From Myxococcota bacterium (GTDB taxonomy: Bacteria > Myxococcota > XYA12-FULL-58-9 > JALHOP01): a stretch of DNA of 64,000 bases. Made by a program: the position numbers and the translations under genes. The notes beneath the pieces were generated by a model, which made no database searches, was not told where the DNA came from, and was given only the letters and a program-made list of their open reading frames with translations. Each line of letters starts with the position of its first letter. The first letter of the stretch is position 1. This document shows, one piece after another, positions 57,701 through 64,000 of this stretch. Where the stretch lies: assembly GCA_041288095.1 (NCBI GenBank), contig JBGGMJ010000027.1:1-64000 (forward strand). The letters run 5' to 3'.

Positions 57701-59052
57701 GTGGACTCCGGCTGATTGATGACGACGGTGCGGCGGCTCGGATCGAAGTACGTTTTAGCGGCCGCCGCGACTTCCAAGCGTTGCACGTTCTCCCAGCGGC
57801 GAATCGCCTCGAAGGTCTTCTCGAAGGCGCGCGTGTTGGTCTCGTGATGGCCGAGCTGCTCGGCTAGGCCCTCGGCGTCCTTCAAGCTATCGAGCGCCGA
57901 CAGGGTGAGGCCATTCTGAGCCTTGCGCCACTCGCCGTCGGTGAGTCCGTCGGCGACGCGCGAGAGCTCTTCTTGCACGATGGCGATGGCCTGCTGTGCA
58001 TCGGCGCCGGGTCGCAAGGTGAGCAGCACCTCGTAGATGCCGGGCTCGGCGAACGGCGAGAGGAAGCCGTCGATCTCGGTGGCGAGCTCTTCCTCGGTGA
58101 CCAGTCGCTTGTAGAGGCGGGCGTTGTCACCGGTGAGCAGGGCCTCGCTCGCGATCTCCAGCGCCGCATGCATCGGATCGTTCTGCCCGGGGGCGCGGTA
58201 GCCGATGGCGACGTGAGCGCTCACGGCGGGGAGCTTCAAGCGCGCCTCGCGGGCTTCCTTCTGCTCGGGCTCGGCGGCGCGGCGGCGCTCGGGCAGCTTC
58301 GACGACGGGATGGGGCCGTACGCCTTGGCGATGGTGGTGATCGCCTCGACCGGGTCGAGCGCGCCGACCACCACGACGGTCGCGTTATTGGGCGCGTAAT
58401 ACGTGTCGTAGAAATTGCGCGCGTGCTCGAGCTGCATGGTCTCGAGATGCGCGAGATGACCGATGGTCGGCCAGCGATACGAGTGCTGCGTGAAGCTGGT
58501 CGCGAACATGGTCTCGCTGATGCGACCCATGACCGAGTCGTCGACGCTCATACGGCGCTCGTTCTTCACGACGTCGAGCTCGCTGGCGAAGACGTCTTGA
58601 GTGAGAGCGAGGCCGCGAATGCGATCGGACTCGAAATCCACGACGGTCGCGAGGTTGCCCGGCCTGACCGCTAAAGCGCAGGTGTAGTAGGTCCAGTCGA
58701 CCCAAGTCGCGGCGTTGGTCTGCGAGCCACGCGACTCGAGCTCACGGTCGAGCTCGCCGACCGGGTGCTTCGCGGTGCCTTTGAACATCAAGTGCTCGAA
58801 CAGGTGCGCGAGGCCCGTGCGGTCGGGGCTCTCGTCCTTGCTGCCGACGCGGTACCAGGTCTGGTAGGCGAAGACCGGAGCGCGCTCGTCGGGGAGCAAG
58901 ACGATGGTGAGTCCATTGTCGAGCTGGAAACGCGCGGCGGCGAGCTGTGCGTTATAGCGTGCAAAGCCCGTGAGCTTGATTGCATGGCCCGAGGCTCTGG
59001 CTGCGTCGGCGGCGACGCGCTCCATGGCTTTGCTGTCGTCGGTTTGGCTCAT
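57697..59052 (-). CDS. M16 zinc peptidase, catalytic subunit
   Basis: GLAHLFEHLMFKGT, NAAT..D.T.Y, VV.NERR, YY.PNNA. Confidence 0.93.
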   Translation of the reverse strand: MSQTDDSKAMERVAADAARASGHAIKLTGFARYNAQLAAARFQLDNGLTIVLLPDERAPVFAYQTWYRVGSKDESPDRTGLAHLFEHLMFKGTAKHPVGELDRELESRGSQTNAATWVDWTYYTCALAVRPGNLATVVDFESDRIRGLALTQDVFASELDVVKNERRMSVDDSVMGRISETMFATSFTQHSYRWPTIGHLAHLETMQLEHARNFYDTYYAPNNATVVVVGALDPVEAITTIAKAYGPIPSSKLPERRRAAEPEQKEAREARLKLPAVSAHVAIGYRAPGQNDPMHAALEIASEALLTGDNARLYKRLVTEEELATEIDGFLSPFAEPGIYEVLLTLRPGADAQQAIAIVQEELSRVADGLTDGEWRKAQNGLTLSALDSLKDAEGLAEQLGHHETNTRAFEKTFEAIRRWENVQRLEVAAAAKTYFDPSRRTVVINQPEST

Positions 59053-59161
59053 CTTAAAAAAACGCCCCCAAAAATTGACCAGTTGCAGGCGTGTCCTACA
59101 ATTGACCCCATCGACGCACATCGGGCGGGCTTCTACAAGACGCTTCGCTTCGGTGTGCTAG

Positions 59162-59274
59162 GCTTAGGAATGTGCTTGTCGCCGAAAGGCGGAAGCAAGT
59201 CATCAACCGGGGGCGCCCCTCCGACTTCCGGGATGGCTAAGCGACGGGCGGGCGCGCACCCGCCCGTTGCTTCT
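59162..59274 (+). ncRNA. Candidate structured small RNA or leader
   Basis: CGCC-GAAA-GGCG tetraloop stem, a second stem, and a 14-bp terminal hairpin, in a divergent intergenic region. Confidence 0.35.
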
Positions 59275-59345
59275 CCCTAAGGGGGGGCGGCCTGCAACGG
59301 GTCGCGGATACCCATCGCTTGACTCGCGGTCGAACGCTGACGACC

Positions 59346-59975
59346 ATGAGCAGGCACATGCACGAAAAAGAAGACGTCAAGGACATCCTAGACGCTATGG
59401 CGGAATGGATCGACCTGACCGCCCGCAGCGGCATGGTCAGCTACGGCGATCTAATCGAGCAGATCCACGACCGCACCGAGGACGAGCTCGGCGGCGTCGA
59501 CGAGCCGATGATGCAAAAGTTCGCCGACCGGGCCCGGGCGGCCGTCGATGCCCGCGAAAAGCTCGAGTCCGGCTGGCCGGCCGTCACCACCAACGACAAG
59601 ATCGACGCCGCCTTCAAGGAGCTCAACGAGGCCGGCATCATCGCCCTGCAAGGCGCCGGCTACACCATGAGCGACGGCTGGGACGAAGCCAACGACATCG
59701 CAGCGACGCTCGCGACCCCACCGCGCGGCGCGGTCTTCTACCACTGGCAAGACCTCGAGCGTGGCGTGAAGGGCGAGGGCCTGTGGCTCGCGTACGGCGC
59801 TTACGTCGAGGGGGAAGGGCACGAGCAGGCTTCCTTGGCGATCGCCGCCGAGGCCTGTGAAGCCCTGCGAAGACACGGGGTTGCGGTGACGTTCCGCGGC
59901 AACATCGAGGAGCGCATCTTCATCGAGCCGTTCAGCTGGCAACGCCGCTTTCGGGCCGAAGACCCGGAGGCTTAA
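59346..59975 (+). CDS. DUF6891-like hypothetical protein
   Basis: W...T..D.ID.AF.EL...GI.A....G.T.SDG, G.VFYH.QD..R, L.LAYG. Confidence 0.7.
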   Translation: MSRHMHEKEDVKDILDAMAEWIDLTARSGMVSYGDLIEQIHDRTEDELGGVDEPMMQKFADRARAAVDAREKLESGWPAVTTNDKIDAAFKELNEAGIIALQGAGYTMSDGWDEANDIAATLATPPRGAVFYHWQDLERGVKGEGLWLAYGAYVEGEGHEQASLAIAAEACEALRRHGVAVTFRGNIEERIFIEPFSWQRRFRAEDPEA

Positions 59976-60018
59976 CGCCTTTACAACCGCGGGTTCTTTG
60001 GGGTAGCTCCCGCGCGCC

Positions 60019-60408
60019 ATGAACGACCCGCGCTTACTGCGCTTGGCCAATCTCTATCAGCTCGTCTCCGCGGGCGTCCTTGCTGTCGTCATGGTGTTCA
60101 CCCTGCCTCACCTGGCGCTCGCCGTGTTCATCGGCGGGACCGTGATGGCCGCGAACTTCTGGGCGATCCGCCTGCTGGTCACGCGCACCCTGCAGCCCGG
60201 CGGCATGCGCGCGCTCTACGCTGTTGGCCTCATGTTCAAGTTCTTCCTGATCATGGGCGTCATGGCGGCCCTGTTGCTCGGCTTGAAGCTCGACCCGGTC
60301 GGCTTCGCCATCGGCCTCGGCTCGCTCCTTACCGGCACCATGATGGCGATGGCCCATCAAGCCCTGCTCGAAAAACCCTCGACCGCTAAAGCGAACACAG
60401 GAATCTAG
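60019..60408 (+). CDS. atpI: ATP synthase protein I
   Basis: Four-TM protein with G.....NF and KF motifs, immediately before atpB. Confidence 0.75.
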   Translation: MNDPRLLRLANLYQLVSAGVLAVVMVFTLPHLALAVFIGGTVMAANFWAIRLLVTRTLQPGGMRALYAVGLMFKFFLIMGVMAALLLGLKLDPVGFAIGLGSLLTGTMMAMAHQALLEKPSTAKANTGI

Positions 60409-60414
60409 GCTCCA

Positions 60415-61242
60415 ATGGAACACGGCTCTACCTGGCTCAATTTCCTCCCCGGCTTCGCGCAGATTCAGCACTACCTGCAGACCCAGCAGAAGGGCGTGCT
60501 CTTCGGTAACGCCGCCGCCTTCCAGCACGTCGCCGCCGCCATGGTGGTCGCGGTGATCGTCTTGTGGCTGGGTATGACGACACGGGGCGACATCAAGAAG
60601 GCCAAGGACGGCGGCATCGTCCCCGAGCCGCGCATCAGCATCCGCAATTTGATCGAGATGGCCCTGGAAGCGCTGTACGGCCAGATGCAGACGATCATCG
60701 GCAAGGAAGCGCGCCGCTACTTCCCGGTCATCTCGATGCTGGCGCTCTTCATCTTCACGTCGAACGTGATCGGCCTGTTCCCCGGCATGTCCTCTCCGAC
60801 GGACAACTGGAACACCACCTTCGCCTGCTCGATCTTCGTGTTCCTCTATTACAACTTCCACGGTCTGCGCGTGAACGGCATGGCGCACATCGCGCACATG
60901 GCGAACCCGACCGGCATGTGGTGGGGCTGGTTCCTGGCGCCCTTGATGTTCCCGATCGAGCTGGTCTCGCACATCGCGCGTCCGTTCTCGCTCGGTGTTC
61001 GTCTCGCGGCGAACATGATGGGTGACCACGCCGTCCTCACGGCGTTCCTCGGCCTCGTGCCGATCCTGGTGCCGCTGCCCTTCATGGTGCTGGGCCTCAT
61101 GGTCTGCAGCATTCAGACGCTCGTCTTCTGCTTGTTGTCGATGATCTACATCGGCCTCGCGGTGCAGGAAGCGCATCACGGCGATGATCACGCACATGAT
61201 CATCACCCCGAAGGCGCGGCCCACGCGGCCGCGGCGCACTAA
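60415..61242 (+). CDS. atpB: F0 ATP synthase subunit a
   Basis: SN.IGL.PG..SPT, PIELVSH.ARP.SL.VRL.ANM..DH, IQ.LVF..L...Y. Confidence 0.96.
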   Translation: MEHGSTWLNFLPGFAQIQHYLQTQQKGVLFGNAAAFQHVAAAMVVAVIVLWLGMTTRGDIKKAKDGGIVPEPRISIRNLIEMALEALYGQMQTIIGKEARRYFPVISMLALFIFTSNVIGLFPGMSSPTDNWNTTFACSIFVFLYYNFHGLRVNGMAHIAHMANPTGMWWGWFLAPLMFPIELVSHIARPFSLGVRLAANMMGDHAVLTAFLGLVPILVPLPFMVLGLMVCSIQTLVFCLLSMIYIGLAVQEAHHGDDHAHDHHPEGAAHAAAAH

Positions 61243-61381
61243 TCGGAAAAGCTTCGTCTCTCATGTGGAGAGGCGATCAAAAGAGCACGCATCAGTTCGC
61301 GCGCGGCAATGGCGATGGGTCGGGAGAGAGAGAAGAGAACGCCAAGCGTGGACACGGTGCGGGCATAAGGTTGAGAAGAAA

Positions 61382-61702
61382 ATGAACAAGATTTTTTCGG
61401 CGCTCGCGGCTTTCGCGGCGGTGATGATGGTTTCGGTCTCGGCGTTCGCGCAGACGGGCGCTCAGGCCTACGGTGACAACGTCGGCTTCATGGCCCTCGC
61501 GGTGGCGTTCGGTATCGGCGCCGCGGCTCTCGGTGGCGCGCTCGGTCAAGGCCGTGCTTCGTCGGCGGCTCTCGAAGGCATCTCGCGCAACCCGAACGCC
61601 TCGGACAAGGTCTTCGTTCCGATGATCCTTGGTCTCGCGTTCATCGAGTCCCTCGTACTCTTTACGTGGGTTCTCATGCTGTTGCTCTTGCAGAAGTTCT
61701 AA
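61382..61702 (+). CDS. atpE: F0 ATP synthase subunit c with N-terminal signal-like extension
   Basis: GxGxxxxGxxxGQG, RNP loop, LAFIESL. Confidence 0.95.
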   Translation: MNKIFSALAAFAAVMMVSVSAFAQTGAQAYGDNVGFMALAVAFGIGAAALGGALGQGRASSAALEGISRNPNASDKVFVPMILGLAFIESLVLFTWVLMLLLLQKF

Positions 61703-61786
61703 AACTTTGCGCATGGGGCTCGGAGTCGTACGCGACTTCGAGCCCTGTGTTTCGTCGGGCACACTTCACGCCTAGGAGCGAGCCCA

Positions 61787-62140
61787 ATGCCACCACGCAA
61801 GACCACGAACTACGGTGCGCTCTTCGAATCGCTCGTCGACGACCTGCGCATCGAGATCGCCGCGGCGTTGGATCAATCGCTCGCCGAGCTCGAAAAGCGT
61901 CTCGGCCGCATCGAGCGCCGTCTCGATCAGCTGGCACCCGAGAGCTCGGGTCCCAAGCAGGCGCCCACCAAGCGCGCTTGCGCCGTGTGTGGTCGCTCCG
62001 CCGTCGCCCGTGGCCTGTGCAGCGCCCACTACCAGCAGTGGCGCTATCGCTCGCGCAAGTCGACCGCCGAGAAGATGGACAAGGCTGGTGAGCCGGTGAT
62101 GCTCACGCCGATGCTCAACGAGATCTCTGGCGATAACTGA
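61787..62140 (+). CDS. Small coiled-coil plus CxxC..CxxH zinc-ribbon protein
   Basis: AGGAG RBS; heptad region; CAVCGR...ARGLCSAHYQQWR. Confidence 0.75.
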   Translation: MPPRKTTNYGALFESLVDDLRIEIAAALDQSLAELEKRLGRIERRLDQLAPESSGPKQAPTKRACAVCGRSAVARGLCSAHYQQWRYRSRKSTAEKMDKAGEPVMLTPMLNEISGDN

Positions 62141-63548
62141 CGGCGCCGATCTCGAACGCGGCGCGACGGCCCGATTCGAAGGCGCCGTGCACGGTGCCGT
62201 AGAACCCATCATGGGTGCCCTCGCCGGCGAAGAACACGCGGTCGTCGATCGACGCCGCGAAGATGCTTCGGTCGCCTGGCCGCACGCTGACGGTGTCCGC
62301 CGAGTAGGAGCCGCGGGCGAACTCGTCCTGGCCCCAGCGCGTGACGAGAGTGGCGCGAGGGTTGGGCACGCGGCTGCCGTAGGCGAGGCGTAGCGCGGAG
62401 AGGGCGCGCTCCACCGTGGCGTTGTCGCTCAGCGCCTCGAGCGCGCGAGCTTGATCACCGGCAACGAGGGCGGTGAGCGTCGGTTTGCCGGTCGTCTTCG
62501 CGGCGTTGACGAAGAACCAGCGCTGGTCGCCGCTGTCGATGCCGATGACGGTCTTGTCGGGCCAGAACGGCTGGTCGAAGGCGAGCGTGACACGATTGAG
62601 CAGGCCGACCCCGAGGCGCTGCATGGCCGCGGTCTTGGCGGCGGGCAGCGCGGGGGTGAACGCGAGCCCGCCCTGCTTGAGCACGCCGAGTGGCGTCGTG
62701 ACGACGACGTACGACGCGGTGAGCTTGCCGCTGTCGGTGGTGACCACGACATCGGCTCCACTATGATCGACGCCGCGCACCGGCTGTAACAGACGCACAT
62801 CGAGGCCTTTGCCTAGATCGTCCACGATAGCGGAGTATCCGAGAGGCAGCGCCACGTCACCGCCGGGGTACGACTTGGAGCCACGGGAGGCGCGGATGCC
62901 GATGCGGTCGATCTCCTCGGCGAGGTCGCTCGTGACCGACGCGTCGATGTACCAGTCGGCGACCTGGCGCTGCGCCGGCGTGAGCTTGCCCGCGCGAACG
63001 TCGGCATCGAGTGCTGCCCGTAACGCGGGGCCGAGGGTGGTGTGGAGAAAGCTGGGTGTGCGGACGATCGTCGTGATGTGCGCATCGACGCGCTCCGACG
63101 CGGCCTTGTAATCGGCCTCCGGCCACCGGCTGCCGTCGCCGGCGAAGAGCTCGACATCATCCCAGTCCGTCGTCACCGTGGCGTGGCCCTGGTTGCGCGC
63201 GAAGACGGCGACCGGGTTGCCGGTGACCCCGTGGATCCAGCCGGCGCCGCGTTCGACGCTTTGACCGCTCAAGCGGACAGTATGCACACGGCCACCGATC
63301 CGGTCCCGAGCCTCGAGGACGATGACGCTGTGGCCGAGGGCTCTGAGCTCTTGGGCGGCCTTGAGCCCCGCGATGCCGGCGCCGATGACGATCACATCGG
63401 CATGCCGCTTCGCCGCGCCCCGAGGGGGATTTCGGCCGTTGAGCGTCGGCGCCGTCCGGTCGGACCGAAAAGCGGCGGCGAGCGCGGGCGCGGCCGAGGC
63501 GGCTAGACACGCGGCGCCGCCCAAGAAATGTCGCCGAGTGACCTGCAT
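62115..63548 (-). CDS. Flavin amine oxidase family protein (Tat-exported)
   Basis: TRRHFL signal; VIGAGIAGL, EARDRIGGR, GAGWIHG, W..D.F.RGSY, FFAGE, VHGA..SG. Confidence 0.92.
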   Translation of the reverse strand: MQVTRRHFLGGAACLAASAAPALAAAFRSDRTAPTLNGRNPPRGAAKRHADVIVIGAGIAGLKAAQELRALGHSVIVLEARDRIGGRVHTVRLSGQSVERGAGWIHGVTGNPVAVFARNQGHATVTTDWDDVELFAGDGSRWPEADYKAASERVDAHITTIVRTPSFLHTTLGPALRAALDADVRAGKLTPAQRQVADWYIDASVTSDLAEEIDRIGIRASRGSKSYPGGDVALPLGYSAIVDDLGKGLDVRLLQPVRGVDHSGADVVVTTDSGKLTASYVVVTTPLGVLKQGGLAFTPALPAAKTAAMQRLGVGLLNRVTLAFDQPFWPDKTVIGIDSGDQRWFFVNAAKTTGKPTLTALVAGDQARALEALSDNATVERALSALRLAYGSRVPNPRATLVTRWGQDEFARGSYSADTVSVRPGDRSIFAASIDDRVFFAGEGTHDGFYGTVHGAFESGRRAAFEIGAVSYRQRSR

Positions 63549-63670
63549 GGGGCGAGTCGGTATCGGTAGTGATTTCAGCCGGTTGTGTGCCGGCCTGGCA
63601 CTCGGTGACGCGGTCTTTTCGCTATTGAAGACGTCTTGAGTAGCCGGCTGGTCTAGGGGAGAGTTCGTTC

Positions 63671-64000
63671 ATGCAGCCACGCGCACCGCGTTACCGTGTC
63701 GGCGGACTCAACTTCATCTACGACACCGGCGATTCCTCTTGGGCGGCCCCCATCGTCGATGTCTCGGAATCTGGGATTTTCCTGAGTACCTCCCACCAGC
63801 TGCCGGCGGGTACACGGGTCAAGCTGGTGCCCGACGTTCCGGAGCACGAGAAGCTGGCGTTCGAGATCATCGGCGAGGTGGTCCGGGTCAACGAGCTCGA
63901 CAACGATGCGACCTTCACGCGGCCGCCCGGCATCGGTTTTCGCCTGCTGAACCTGCAGCCGCCGCAGTACACGGAGCTCAAGCGTTTCCTCGAGGCGCGT
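63671..64000 (+). CDS. PilZ domain protein; 3' partial
   Basis: MQPRAPRY..DVSESGIFL.T...LP.GT.V.L..GEVVR...PPGIGFR; runs off the window edge, so it is absent from the ORF track. Confidence 0.75.
   Translation, partial: MQPRAPRYRVGGLNFIYDTGDSSWAAPIVDVSESGIFLSTSHQLPAGTRVKLVPDVPEHEKLAFEIIGEVVRVNELDNDATFTRPPGIGFRLLNLQPPQYTELKRFLEAR

Noticed and set aside
59162-59274. Assignment to SRP RNA, c-di-GMP or c-di-AMP riboswitch, or hammerhead ribozyme
   Set aside because: Only a GAAA tetraloop is shared; the conserved cores are missing.

Overview
High-GC window whose gene content points to a Myxococcota/deltaproteobacterial genome (eukaryote-like Ser/Thr kinases, FHA and TPR proteins, Cys/Asp-rich repeat lipoproteins, split atp operon). 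In order it holds: a partial Fe-S/CCG oxidoreductase, a kinase, SulP, a CzcCBA-type metal efflux operon, comM, a cold-shock gene, phosphomannomutase, a kinase-TPR-giant repeat lipoprotein-FHA cluster, ccmABCDE, an S8 protease, a TonB-dependent uptake operon, a LolC/E-like permease coupled to a Tad/Kil-like pilus cluster, a degenerate GH57, DUF1800/DUF1501, an HNH nuclease element, an M16 peptidase pair, atpI-atpB-atpE, a Tat flavin oxidase and a partial PilZ gene. The most striking unexplained structure is at 53784-55379. A lone HNH endonuclease gene is enclosed by ~185-bp imperfect inverted repeats (outer 75 bp 73/75 identical) carrying conserved internal hairpins, and there is no transposase. 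This suggests an undescribed HNH-driven mobile or structured-RNA element. Also notable are two small candidate metal-sensing leader ORFs whose stop codons overlap hairpins ahead of metal transport operons, a candidate ~110-nt structured RNA, and a Kil-like predation pilus locus. All family calls come from motif recognition by eye; no searches were run.
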